This document shows positions 47,351 to 61,400 of a DNA stretch of 64,000 nucleotides, piece by piece. The position numbers were made by a program, and so were the translations under genes. Source of the stretch: Anthoceros angustus (lineage: Eukaryota > Plantae > Anthocerotophyta); contig MU008178.1 in the NCBI GenBank assembly GCA_010909165.1, forward strand, positions 570,369-634,368, in the 5' to 3' direction. Numbering within the stretch: position 1 is the stretch's first letter; each line of letters begins with the position of its first letter. The notes below the pieces were generated by a model. That model made no database searches and was not told the DNA's origin. It saw nothing but the letters and a program-made list of their open reading frames with translations.

Positions 47351-50300
47351 TGATGCCAATAGGATATCTTCGAAATATGCCGATGCTCAGGGCTAGTATA
47401 CATAGACCCTTCACAGAGGACAAGCTCATATCATAGTTTGTCCTCTAGATATGCAATAGAAGAGTGTTGTGAGGAGGCCAACGCTATGACTGCGAAAGCG
47501 ATGTGTGAAGAATTTGCGTGTTGTTCTCGTGGAGAGTGTGTTTGTGCCGGCGGCGAGCCACTCTCGATGAGAATCATGGTTTCTAGGTAGCAAAACATAG
47601 CAAGATAGTAGAAAGCTTTGCACAAAAGAGTTGTATGCATTGATTATAATAGAAAGTACAAAGCCTTTATATAGGCTAGGTGGTTATAACCATAAGGTGG
47701 TTGTAACCATAAGTAGTTCTAACCTCTAAGTGGTTGTAACAACTAACTACTCATTAAAACTACCTAAAGCCCTAAGAACTAAATTAATTAATAGTCTTAG
47801 GTGCCCTAGTGAAGAGTGCCCTAAATAGGTCATATTTCATCACTCCCACTCACTATGAACTAGGTGTGAAGAAATAGCTTCAAAATAAGCCTAAAAAGGT
47901 TAGTTAGCTCCCACTAACTTGAAAGCTATCCGCTAACTAAGAAAACAATTAAAAACTGGCTTAAGTTACATTTAAGCAGAATTTAATGTAATCAAAATTA
48001 ATTACCAAAAACTTAATTAGGAAATGATAAATTCCTAAACAAGGTAAAAAAAACTTAAACTATATTAATCTTAGTAAAAAACCATAGGTAAAAGTTAAAA
48101 AACTTGAAAGAAGTAAAAAGTGAAAACCCATTAAATTGGTAACGGCCCGGGCCATGTGATGCCGTCCGTATGCCATGGGGGGGGTCATGTTAATACCCTC
48201 CCCTCGGTTTTATTCCTCCCTCGCTCCCTCGCTCCCTCGCTCCCTCGCCCTCATGAAGAACAAAAACTTGCGCGGCAAACCGTGGCAAGGCGCGCACCCG
48301 TCGTGGGCGCGGCCCGGCGGTCGCGCGCCCCTGCGCCGCCCATGTGCATCGCCTGCGCGGTCGATCTGGCAAGAAGGCCACTGCGGTGGAAAGAAGAGTG
48401 CGGCCCACAGGAGGGACGCGCCCCTCAGGAGCAAAACGCCCCTCTGGGCAATACCACAGTGATCCTCTACACCTCTCTGGATTCCAACCTTTGTGGAGAG
48501 CCCACCACGTTTCGTGGTGGTGAAGTGGTCGGCACTCGTGTAGAGGTTGAAGTCACCGGAGAGGTGGAATTTGTTCCCTGCAGTCTTGGATCGCCAATTG
48601 ATGTGTGAGTCTTGCCATGCGGGAGTGTCTCACCCAAGCCGGAGATTAGAAAGATGTTGCCCCATGTCTTGTCTCAATTTCAAAAGTGCCTGCCAATCCC
48701 AAGCCAACACTGCTCCAAGCTGCATGTCGTCACCACTTGTGTCGGATGAGAGATCGTCGAGGAAGATTCAAAGCTCTTGTGGAGAAGAAATCGCGAGATT
48801 GTTCTCTTATCGATTCAAGTGCCTTGGAAGAATCTTCATGGAAGGCTTCCCTCGCTGATGAAGGAGGCTGAAATCTCAAGTAAGACATGGTTGTGTGTGG
48901 CATTCCCCTGTCGTGAAGGGAGGCACCTTGGGCAGGATGCCCCCCCTGAGGGAGAGGCACCTAGTTGTAAGCCCGTTTGTGGGCATCTTCAAATGACCAT
49001 TTTCCAGTTCAAAAATATTAATTGTGATGAATTTTCTGATACTATTTTCGCAGATTTATGTATGGAAAATTATGGGAAAAAGGAAAATGAATGGAAAATG
49101 AAGAAAATGAGAAAATGAAAAGGTAGACATGCTTTTGTGATTCTAAAAGGTGTTCTAACTTATTTTCTCTTGCTAAAACTTGCCCATTTTAGGTTTCTTT
49201 TAAAAGAAAGAGAGTGCCTGGGAGGGACCGCGCTCGAGGAGCGCCCGGCAATACCGGTGATCCTCACCGCATCTAAATGGATTCCAACCTTTGTGGAGAG
49301 CCCACCACGTTTCGTGGTGAAGTGGTCCGGCTCGTGTAGAGGTTGAAGTCACCGGGAGAGGTGGAATTTGTTCTCGGTCTGAGGTCGCCAATTGATGTGT
49401 GAGTGCGCTATGCGGGAGTGTCTCACCCAAGCCGGAGATTAGAAAGATGTTGCCCCATGTCTTGTCTCAATTTCAAAAGTGCTCCAATCTAAGCCAACAC
49501 TGCTCCAATCGCAGCATGTCGTCACCACAATTGTGTGTGATGAGAGATCGTCGAGGAAGATTCCAAAGCTGTGGAGAAGAAATCGAGATTGTTCTCTCTC
49601 GATACAAGTGCCTCGGAAGAATCTTCATTGAAGGGCTTCCCGCCTGATGAAGAGAGAAATCTCAAGTAAGACATGGTATGGCAAGGCATTCCCCGTCGTG
49701 AAGGGAGGCACCTTGAGCAGGATGCCCCCTTTGTCAGGGAGAGGCACCTAGTTGTAAGCCCGTTTGTGGGCATCTTCAAATGACCATTTTCCAGTTCAAA
49801 AATATTAATTGTGATGAATTTTCTGATACTATTTTCGCAGATTTATGTATGGAAAATTATGGGAAAAAGGAAAATGAAATGGAAAATGAAGAAAATGAGA
49901 AAATGAAAAGGTAGACATGCTTTTGTGACTCTAAAAGGTGTTCTAACTTATTTTTCTTGCTAAAACTTGCCCATTTTAGGTTTCTTTTGCCCAAGAAGAC
50001 ATAGGATAGGAAACATAGGGTTCGGAAGCCCGGCATATATCCCAAGGGTGATGATGTGAAGCTCATCTATATAATCACTAATATGAAAGGAGGCGGGCGA
50101 CACCATGCTCCTATGTTTGCGAAACTAAGATACACATATCTCGGGTTATGTATCTGTAGAAGAATTTCCGGCATATGATCCATGTCTATCGTGAGTATTC
50201 TTGAGGCTAAGAAAATATGGAAAAGTTTTAATTAGCAAAATATTATTTAATATTTAATATTATTTTTCTAGAGAGCACCTCAACTATGTATGAAGGAGAG

Positions 50301-53300
50301 GATGCAGCTACGAGGCCTATGTTAAGATTGAGGATGATTGTTCAAGACTTAGAATAGAATATTGGACTAGTTTTAAGGTTATCTCAAGTAGACCAATTTA
50401 GCTAGGATGAACTATAGTGGAGGCTTAGACAATGTGTCCAATATACCTAAACATTTCATGTGTTTCCTGTGCAGTTCAATGCCTAGTGACTTTGTTAATA
50501 AATCAGCTGCGTTATCTAAAGTTTGAACATAACTAATATCTATAGTTTTATCCTCTATTTTCTCTCGATGTAATGATATTCGACAATATGTTTAGTTCTA
50601 GAGTGGAAGACGGGTTCCTTGACAAGGCTATAGCTCACGACTATCACTCAACAACAAGGTGGGCTTTTCACCTTGTGATGAAGTTCACTCAAGGTTAGCC
50701 TAGTCCATACTATGTCTTTAGCAACTGAGGTTAGTACTCTATACTCTGACTCAGTGCTGGACAAGGCTATGGTTGGTTGTTTCTTACTTGACCAGGATAT
50801 TGGTGCTCCCCCCAATAGCAATACGTAACCTGATACGGATCTGCGTGTGTCGGGGTCACCAGCATAGTCGGCGTAAGCTGTTAATGTCAACGTCTTTATG
50901 CCTGGTGTATACTTGAATGTCAATCCTGTGTGCATGGTACCCTTGAGGTATCTGAATATGCGCTTAGTTGACATCCAGTGTTCACGTCCAGGGTTCTCCA
51001 GGAATTGTGAACAGGAGCTGACTTCGAAAGATATATCTGGTCGAGTGAAGTTGGATAAATATATAAGTGTGCCAACAGCATGTCGATATGGGACTGCTGA
51101 CATTTCCAACTTGTCTTGTGCTGTCTTTGGACTCATATCCATGGTAAGCCTGACCCCGCTAGCAAAGGGTGTAGGTGCAGGTTTCGCATCTTCAAGTCCA
51201 AATTTGGTTAAACTCTCTTTGATGTACTTGGTTTGAACAATACTCAGAGTCTTGTTTGCTCGATCTCTAATAATGTTGACACCAAGTGCATATGTCATTT
51301 CTCCTAAATCGGACATTTCATAAAAGTCTTGAGCCGCCTTTTGATCTCGGCTAGGAGAGTAAGAGAGTTTGTGGCCATGAATGCCGACGAGAGCAATAAG
51401 TAAAAGGTATCATTGCACGATATTAGGATATACATGCATGCATCGGCATCACTTTGCCGGAAGCCTCTTTTGATGAGTTTCACATGTATGTCCATATTCC
51501 AATTTTACCGATTGCTTAAGGCCATACAAGCCTTTAATTAGTCTGCATACCCAATCTTCCTTGCCTTTAACCTCATAACCTTCGGCTGTTTCATGTAGAT
51601 TTCTTCTTGAAGACGGCCATAGAGATATGTCTTCACATCCATCATATGGAGCTCAAGATCATGATGGGTCATAAAGATTATTCTAAGGGAAGCAAACTTT
51701 GCTAATGGAGCGAATGTGGCCCATGGGAGGTAATCTAAACCCGGTATCTGGGTGAATCCCCTGGCCACAAGGCGTGCTTTGTATCTCTCAATGGAACCAT
51801 CTCCTTTTCTCTTAATTTTGAATACCCATTTGCTGGTGACTATCTTCCTACCCTTAGGTGGCTTAACCAATTCCCATGTAGAGTTGCTAATGAGAGAGTT
51901 ATATTCAGAATCTACAGCTACCTTCCATAAGTCTTTTTCAGGAGAAGAGAAAGCTTGTTTTAAGGTAAGAGGTTCTTCTGGATCTATGGTTGCCTTGTAT
52001 ACAGCTTGTGAGTAAAGTGATACAGGGGAATAGGATCATCAAAAAGCTAGATATCCTAAAGGAGGTTCCTTCCATCCCGGGTCCGGGATTGCGTGAGGTT
52101 CTTAAGTTGTACCTTTGTGTAGGTTCCGGTGCATCTTCCATGGAGCAGAACATCAATAGGATCATGGTGCTCCATGTCATTCACGGAGGGTCATCATGCT
52201 CTTCATAAGAGTGTCTCGGCTCCTCGACTTGAATGTTGTCGCCATCCGGTGTTCACGTCGAGTTCTCGAATTGTGAGCAGACTTGAAAGATATATCGGTC
52301 GAGTGAAGTTGGATAAATATATAAGTGTGCCAACAGATGTCGATATGGGATTCATTTCCAACTTATCTTGTCTTGTCTTTGGACTCATATCCATGGTAAG
52401 CTGACCCACTAGCAAAGGTGTAGGCGGTTTCGCATCTTCAAGTCCAAACTTGGTTAAACTCTCTTTAATGTACTTGGTTTGAACAATACTCGAGTCTTGT
52501 TTGCTCGATCTCTAATAATGTTGACACCAAGTGCATATGTCATTTCTCCTAAATCGGACATTTCATAAAAGTCTTGAGCCGACTTTTGATCTCGGCTAGG
52601 AGAGTAAGAGAGTTTGTGGCCATGAATACGTCGTCGACGTGAGCAATAAGTAAAAGGTATCATTGCGATATTAGGATATACATGCATGCATCGGCATCAC
52701 TTTGCGGAAGCCTCTTTGATGAGTTTCACATGTATGTCCATATTCCAATTTTACAGTTGCTTGAGACCATACAAGCCTTTAATTAGTCGCATACCCAATC
52801 TTCCTTGCCTTTAACCTCATAACCTTGGCTTTCATGTAGATTTCTTCTTGAAGGCCATAGAGATATCTTGTCTTCACATCCATCATATGGAGCTCAAGAT
52901 CATGATGGGTCATAAGGCGAAGATTATTCTAAGGGAAGCAAACTTTGCTCTGGGCGAATGTGGCCCATGGGAGGTAATCTAAACCCGGTATGGGTGAATC
53001 CCACAAGGCGTGCTTTGTATCTCTCAATGGAACCATCTCCTTTTCTCTTAATTTTGAATACCCATTTGCTGGTGACTATCTTCCTACCCTTAGGTGGCTT
53101 AACCAATTCCATGTAGAGTTACTAATGAGAGAGTTATATTAATCTGACTACCTTCCATAAGGCTTTTTCGGAGAAGAGAAAGCTTGTTTTAAGGTAAGAG
53201 GTTCTTCCGGATCTATGGTTGCCTTGTATACTGACTTGTGAGTAAAGTGATACAGGGGAATAGGATCATCAAAACAGCTAGATATCCTAAAGGAGGTTCC

Positions 53301-54350
53301 TTCCATCCTGCGGTCCGGATTGCAGACGGGTTCTTAAGTTGTACCTTTGTGTAGGTTCGGTGCATCTTCCATGGAGCAGAACATCAATAGGATCATGGTG
53401 CTCCATGTCATTCACGGAGGGTCATCATGCTCTTCATAAAGAGTGTCTGGCTCCTCGACTTGAATGTTGTCGCCATCGGTGGTGTTTCATGTGGAATAGA
53501 TGCTAACTCCTCCTCCCGCAAGAGGTTCAACTACGGAACACGAGAGCAGAACTGGAAATTGAGTGATATAATCGTATCATCAAATGAGGAGGTATCCGAG
53601 GGCTCTTAAGAGACGCCTCGGCGGATGTACCAGCTCCCACTGGGGAAAAGAGGTAAGACTCATGAAAAGTAACACTCTTGGCATATATAAGCTTCCGTGT
53701 GGTGGGTTCAAATAGCTTGTAACCTTTGATGCCTTCGGTGTAGCCAATGAATAGATATTTGGCAGCTTTTGGATCTAACTTCTTGCGTTGTACTTTAGGG
53801 ATAAAGACATATGCAGGAGATCCAAAAATTGAAGGTGATCTATGGAAGGCTTGTTGCCGGTGAATGCTTCATATGGAGTCATACCTGGAACTGAGGAAGT
53901 CGGAAGGCGATTCATGAGATAGGTTGCTGTAAGGAGGGCCTCAGCCCAATAAGCTTTGGATAAGTTAGCTTGTGTTAACAGGCAACCTGTGATCTCTTGG
54001 AGGCGGAGATTCTTATTTTCTGCTACGCCATTTTGCTGAGGAGTGTATACTACACTTAGTTGTTGAGCTACGCCTTCAGCTCGACAAAATTCAGCAAATC
54101 TATGAGATGTAAACTCTCCACCATCGTCGGAACGTCAGGTCTTGAGTTTGTGATTTGTAAGCCTTTCTGCCCATGCCATGTAATCCTTGAAAAAATGATA
54201 AGTTTCACTCTTTTGGGTGAGGATGTAGGAGAGGCAGAAACGGGAATAGCTAAAGGAGGGTGTAGAGAGGGGTCCGCAAATGTCTGTGTGTACTATCTCT
54301 AAAGGTGACTTGGCCCTTTGTGGAGATGGATTTTTGAAAGGTTCCTAACA
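47351..54350 (-). mobile_element. Ty1/Copia LTR retrotransposon 1, degenerate: 3' LTR, long 3' region, RNase H/RT (partly duplicated) and integrase
   Basis: On the minus strand the PPT AGTGAGTGGGAG (47854-47843) abuts TGATG (LTR start at 47842), with TATATAAA at ~47670. Protein motifs: RNase H ADYAGDPDTRRSVSGY..SSTESEY, RT KWVFKIKRKGDGSIERYKARLVARG, integrase YTPQQNGVAE and pre-integrase PLEIVHTDICGP. The left LTR boundary is approximate. Confidence 0.88.
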
Positions 54351-54608
54351 AAATATGTAATAGATGCAGATCAATTACGTATTAAGTAATTACATTGTTA
54401 TATATATATTCATAGAAGAATAGAGTGTAGTACATAAAACAAGCAAGCAACTAGTAAGGTGCTTAAACTGTTTGTGGCAATCTTCCCTGTTGCATTTTTG
54501 CTGTAAGCAATATGTTTGAGCACCCTAACACAAATGTCTGTGTGTACTATCTCTAAAGGTGACTTGGCCCTTTGTGGAGATGGATTTTGAAAGGTTCCTA
54601 ACAAAATA

Positions 54609-56743
54609 TGTAATAGATGCGATCAATTACGAAGTAATTACATTGTTATATATATATTCATAGAAGAATAGAGTGTAGTACATAAAACAAGCAAGCAACT
54701 AGTAAGGTGCTTAAACTGTTTGTGGCAATCTTCCCTGTTGCATTTTTGCTGTAAGCAATATGTTTGAGCAGCCCCCTGCTAACCAGCTCGTGTCCGTGTC
54801 TGACCTTGTTCATGTGTGCTTGCTCCCACTTATTCCAACAGGGTCTTAAGAACGCCTGGAGGAAGAGGAGAGCCAGGAGACAAAAGAGAGGATTTCATAC
54901 CAGGAGAGAAAGGCCAGAAATTCCCCTCGTTCTGGTGGAGAAACGTTCACCTCCAAGTCAGATAGTCCCTTCTCGGGAGAAGATTTACTCTTCCCTTGAA
55001 CATGGGATCCATGAGGTCTCACATGGAATACAAAGACCAATGACTCCTGACATCGATGGCGGCAATGATTGGGGCTGCACCAGTCAAGTAGGCTAGGTTT
55101 TGGTAGGTGGGGCCTCTGGTAGCCTTCATGGCTACCCATGCCCAGACTTTTCACGTGTCTGTAGTGTGCATCCCTCGAGACTTTGTGAACATCTGCTGGA
55201 TTCTCTGCGGTTGGTATATATTCCAGCATGATTTGACCAGACTTGATGAGGTCCCTAATGAAGTGATACTCCACCTCCACGTGTTTTGTGCGAGAATGGA
55301 ATACGGGATTTTTAGCCAAGTTCATTGATCCCTGGTTGTCCGTTTTTATCGTGGTGCAGGTTGGAAGTGGCAGCCCTAGTTCCTTGAACATCAATTTGCA
55401 CCAAGCAATCTCCTTGGCTGCGGCTGTAAGAACACGATACTCAGCCTCGGTGCTTGATGTGGCAACGGTGGGCGGTTTTTTACTGGACCAGCAAATAGGT
55501 CCACCTGCAACCATAACGACGTACCCTGAAACTGATCTTCGTGTATCAACATCTCCTGCATAGTCAGAGTCAGTGTATACATCCAGCTCCAGTGGCACGC
55601 CAAGAATGTTTCTGAACTTGATCCCTATGTTTGATGTTCCTTTCAAGTGCCTAACGACTCTCTTAACTCCTGTGCAGTGTGTTTGTCCGGGATTTTCAAG
55701 ATACTGGGAGAGTACGCTTGTGGTATAGGCAACATCAGGTCGTGTTGTGTTGGCTGCATAGATAAGTTTGCCAACGCCATTCCTGTAAGGGACTGACCTC
55801 ATCTCGTCTTTATCACTTTGTGTTTCGTGACTCATGGACTTGCTAAACTTCACCCACAAGGTAGTGGGTAGTCAGCTGGTTTTGCATCCTTCAAGCTTTA
55901 TTCAAAGACACTCTAACATGTAGCGAGGTTGTGTAAGAGATATAGATCTACTTTTCCTATCCCTTCGAATAAGGACTCCCATACAGCTTTGAAGAGCTCC
56001 AAGATTCGTCATTTCAAACTTGGTAGCTAGCAGCTTGTTAATTTTGGTGATGAATGTGGGGCTATTGCAGGATAGAATCAAGTCATCTACATATACTGCA
56101 AGATAGCATACCACATCACCGGATCTGTAAACATACAAGCTGCTGTCTAAGACACACTTCACGAAACCTAATGCTCGCAGCTCTTCATCCAGGACAGCAT
56201 TCCACTCAAGAGCTGACTGCTTCAGCCCATACAGAGTCTTTATAAGGCGTAAGACATAATCCTCTTTACCCTTAACTTCGTATCCTGGCGGTTGCTGCAT
56301 GTAGATTTCCGTGTCGAGCCATGTAAAATGTCAGTTTTACATCGAACATGTCTAACTCATAATCCCGATGCCAGGGGCACATATAGTGCAAAAGTGGCCT
56401 TCATGACAGGAGCATATGTCTCAAGTAATCCGCACTGTGCACTTGAGAAAACCACGAGCTACAAGTCGTGCTTTTGTACCGCCGAATGTTCCATCCGCCA
56501 CCTTTAATTTAAACACCCACTTGCATGATACCACCTTGCGTCCAGGAGGTAACTTAGCAAGTACCCATGTCCCATTCTTGATCAATGAATCGTATTCTGA
56601 TTGAATTGCCTTGTTCCACTCTGCAGAATCAGGACGACTAAGTGCTTCCTCATAGGACTATGGTTCAACAGGGTCCACGTAGGTAGCATTAGCTGTTGCT
56701 CTTCGAAAATCCTGTGATTGATAATAGTCTGGTGCCCGTCTTT
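54609..56743 (-). mobile_element. Ty1/Copia element 2 (RT/RNase H and short 3' LTR) nested in element 1
   Basis: LYGLKQS, LAVYVDDLIL, YTDSDYAGDVDTRRS and KNPVFHSRTKH. A PPT-like AGCAGGGGGC directly precedes TGCTCAA at 54769. Candidate ~160-bp TG..CA LTR at 54609-54769, repeated at ~54359-54521. Confidence 0.82.
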
Positions 56744-57039
56744 CACTACAAGAAAATGAGGGTTTTTACAACGGTTTTTACAATGGGTGTTACAACGCGG
56801 CGTTGTAAAACGGCGCAACAACGCCGTTGTAAACCGAGAGCTTCATGACGTTGTAAAATTGCCGACATGGCCGCTGCCATGTCATTAAAGTGGTGATGTG
56901 GCGCCATCGCCACATCACCAAGTGATGACATGGCATATTGTTGCCACATGGCCTTCATTGCCACATCATCGTGTGATGACATGGCATAATTTGATGACAT
57001 GGCTCATTGCCACATCACCATGTGATGACGTGGTGCCAT

Positions 57040-57760
57040 TTTACAAAACCATTTACAACATCCCAATTGCAAAATTACAACATCTAAGTTTGAGACGCCC
57101 TGTGGGTACAACGCTTTACAACGACTGCTTTACAAAACCATCTACAACATCCCAATTGCAAAAGCAATTACAACATCTAAGTTTGAGACGTCTGTGTACA
57201 ACGCGCTTTACAACGACTGCTTTACAAAACCATCTACAACATCCCAATTGCAAAAGCAATTACAACATCTAAGTTTGAGACGTCTTGTGGGTACAACGCT
57301 TTACAACGACTGCTTTACAAAACCATCTACAACATCCCAATTGCAAAAGCAATTACAACATCTAAGTTTGAGACGCCCTGTGGGTACAACGCGCTTTACA
57401 ACGACTGCTTTACAAAACCATCTACAACATCCCAATTGCAAAAGCAATTACAACATCTAAGTTTGAGACGTCTCTTGTGGGTACAACGCGCTTTACAACG
57501 ACTTTTACAAAACCATCTACAACATCCCAATTGCAAAAGCAATTACAACATCTAAGTTTGAGACGCCTCGGTGGGTACAACGCGCTTTACAACGACTGCT
57601 TTACAAAACCATCTACAACATCCCAATTGCAAAAGCAGTTACAACATCTAAGTTTGAGACGTCTCGGTGTGGGGTACAACGCGCTTTACAACGACCTGTT
57701 TTACAAAACCATCTACAACATCCCAATTGCATAAGATTTACAACATTTAAATTACAACGC
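57040..57760. repeat. ~90-100-bp tandem array (~7.5 copies) in the CACTA subterminal region
   Basis: Unit AAAACCATCTACAACATCCCAATTGCAAAAGCAATTACAACATCTAAGTTTGAGACG..GGTACAACGCGCTTTACAACGACTGCTTTAC. Confidence 0.95.
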
Positions 57761-58009
57761 CCTTTTAAGTATTATATATATGTAAAGACTTTTAAACAAA
57801 AATACATATTATTAATAACACAAATATCTATTTTCAGCTTCTTTAAATGGGGCATATTTACAACAAGTGTTTTACAACGTCCTTTGTTGTAAATTTTGTA
57901 TGTACACCTTGTTGTGCATTAGTGGGACACACGAAATGGAATGCTACTACCAAATGCAAGCGATTCTAAACCCCAAAATGAACACGATCCTCACACAAAT
58001 CCACACATT

Positions 58010-58414
58010 CAACTCACACAAACTCACAACGGCCCACAAACTCGCACAAACCCACACGGGCTCTCACATAATCAGCGCCACAGGCTCTCACGCTCATAGG
58101 CTCGCCCGCTCACAGCTCACAAGCTCGCGCTGCTCACAAGCTCGCTCCACCACAAGCTCACAGCTCAAGGCTCGCCTCACAAGCTCACAAGCTATCGCTC
58201 GCCTCACAAGCTCATAGGCTCACAGCTCACAGCTCTCGCCTCAGCTCCACTCTCCCTCTCACAGCTCACAGTGCTCATGACTCTCCCTCACAGCTCAAGG
58301 CTCAATTTTCAAGGCTCACAAGCTCCGGCTCACAAGCTCTCACAGTGCTCAGGCTCACACCGCTCACAAGGCTCGCACACACTCTTGCAGGCTCGCATAA
58401 AACTCACACACACA

Positions 58415-58450
<36 letters not shown>
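58010..58450. repeat. GCTCACA-type degenerate heptamer array ending in (CA)n
   Basis: Repeated GCTCACA/GCTCGC units, followed by a (CA)n run at ~58404-58448. Confidence 0.85.
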
Positions 58451-58489
58451 TAAACACACAAACATAGAAGCCATTCCCACACACAGACT

Positions 58490-61400
58490 CCCACAAACAA
58501 ACATGGGGCCATTCCCACACACACTCACAAACATTGGGGCCATTCCCCAGACACACAAAGGGACATTCCCACAAAAAGCGACGGATCAATTTCTAAGAGT
58601 TTCTAAGGAGCAACTAAAAGAAAGCACCAAACTAGAATTCCTCGCTCCTTGATCTCTTCAAATTGGACTTGTTGAAGCCTCATTTCCTTCCTCTTCATGC
58701 TCTTCACCCTTGATGACTTGAGCTCTTTGGCGTAGTCCGGACCTAGCTTCACGAAGGCGTTGAGCTTCAAGTTCTGTCGTCGATGAGAGGCCATGAGATT
58801 GAAAAACTTTTCCTGCATTTAGAGAGGGATACCTCAACCTCTTCAAATTCTTCCACCTCTTCCATGAGATGGAGTGGTTCAACTTCAACAAGTACTTCAT
58901 CGTGGCTTGCTCCACACCGGTCGACCACACTTGGGAGGTTAAGGCTTCCCACCCGAGGCGGAGGCCACACCCGATTCGCAAGAATCGAATATGTTACCAA
59001 GAAGCCGGTGTTACAACAAAGCAGACTTGAAAGATCTTCTATAAGAACTACAGGAGGAGAAAGATCCTCACTTAACCCGGGCTTCAATCTAGGCACCAAA
59101 TTGTCCAAAACCAGTCATCATCCACTTGCTTGCGCTCAATGCCGATACGGCTCCTATGGCAAATCCAAAAACAGAGTTAAAATAGGACAATCAAAACTTG
59201 CAAAGACATCAAATCAAAATCTTACCATCCAAATCATCATCTTTGTAACCAGCATCCTTGAGGTCCCGCCACAATTGTTTGGCACCTATTCTCGGGGTTG
59301 GAGCCAAACGCTCCGGATGAGGAAGATTGGCCCAATATGTTTCAAGTTTTATTATCCAATTTCCGGCCTTCTTGCCACCTCCTTCTCTTGCTCAGGGGCG
59401 TCTACCAAAGAGTTGGTAAAACCGATTTGTAAACTTCACAAACCCACCATTACCAAAGTGGGCATACGGTGGGCATCCGAGTTCAACTTCCTCAACATTG
59501 CTATGCGTTTTGTGCGACATCTCCATCCGGCCTTGGCTTTTCATTCTCCACAATGCGATCCCAATCGGTCACCGAGATATCACGAGGCTTATACTTAGGT
59601 GGATGATTACCCTCAAGAAATTGTCTTGCGCATCTTGCAAGATTGTTCTTCCAATTGCGCAACATGGTGTTGAACATTTGGTCACACACATGAGCCATGC
59701 TCCAAATCCCACCAACATCTCTTGAATGGCGCCTCCACAATTGCTTGTGTCTCTAGTTTCTCTCCCGGTTGCCAATCAATGGATCCATGAAGTGCCGCAT
59801 TACCCACCTCAACCGAAATTGGAGCACTTCATAATCGTATGAATCTTCTTTAATCCAACGACACACATGAGAAGGAAAACATCGAATATGCTTGTACATG
59901 CTGCGTGCATGTGGCTGTAAGTGGCATGTATAGGCCACATGCTTGTACATGCTGCAGCATGTGGCATGTGGCATGTGGCATGTACATCCTTGCAGTTAGC
60001 CAAGCAGCCACACACGCATGTTTAGCTTGAGAGACCAAACGAGAAACACACCTGTTTAGGCTTGAGAGACCAAAGGAGAAACATGGGCTCAAGGCCACAC
60101 ACCGCCAGCTTTAGGCTTGAGACCAAAAGAGAAACATGGGCGCCAAGGCCACACACCGCCAGTTTAGACTTGAGAGACCAAAAAACACGGGCTCAAGGCC
60201 ACACACACACTGTTTAGGCTTGAGAGACCAAAGGAGAAACATGGGATCAAGGCCACACACGCCAGTTTAGGCTGAGACCAAAAGAGAAACATGGGCGCCA
60301 AGGCCACACACCGCCAGCTTTAGACTTGAGAGACCAAAACAAACATGGGGCCATTCCCCGCACACACACTCACAAACATTGGGGCCATTCCCCAGACACA
60401 CACAAAGGGACATTCCCACAAAAAGCCGACGATTATCAATTTCTAAGAGTTTCTAAGGAGCAACTAAAAGAAAGCACCAAACTAGAATTCCTCGCTCCTT
60501 GATCTCTTCAAATTGGACTTGAAGTTGAAGCCTCATTTCCTTCCTCTTCATGCTCTTCACCCTTGATGACTTGAGCTCTTTGGCGTAGTCCACCTAGCTT
60601 CACAGAAGGCGTTGAGCTTCAAGTTCTGTCGCCCGTGATGAGAGGCCATGAGATTGAAAAACTTTTCCCCGCATTTAGAGAGGGATACCTCAACCTCTTC
60701 AAATTCTTCCACCTCTTCCATGAGATGGAGTGGTTCAACTTCAACAAGTACTTCATCGTGGCTTGCTCCACACCGGTCGACCACACTTGGGAGGTTAAGG
60801 CTTCCCACCCGAGGGGCGGAGGCCACACCCGATTCGCAAGAATCGAATATGTTACCAAGAAGCCGGTGTTACAACAAAGACTTGAAAGATCTTCTATAAG
60901 AACTACAGGAGAAAGATCCTCACTTAACCCGGGCTTCAATCTAGGCACCAAATTGTCCAAAACCAGTCATTATCATCCACTTGCTTGCGCTCCAATGCCG
61001 ATATACTCCTATGGCAAATCCAAAAACAGAGTTAAAATAGGACAATCAAAACTTGCAAAGACATCAAATCAAAATCTTACCATCCAAATCATCATCTTTG
61101 TAACCAGCATCCTTGAGGTCCCGCCACAATTGTTTGGCACCTATTCTGGTTGGAGCCAAACGCTCGGATGAGGAAGATTGGCCGTCAATATGTTTCAAGT
61201 TTTATTATCCAATTTCCGGCCTTCTTACATCTGCCTCTTGCTGTGAGGACGCCTACCAAAGAGTTGGTAAAACCGATTTGTAAACTTCACAAACCCACCA
61301 TTACCAAAGTGGGCATACGGTGGGCATCCGAGTTCAACTTCCTCAACATTGCTATGCGCGTACATCTCCATCCCGGCCTTGGCTTTTCATTCTCCACAAT

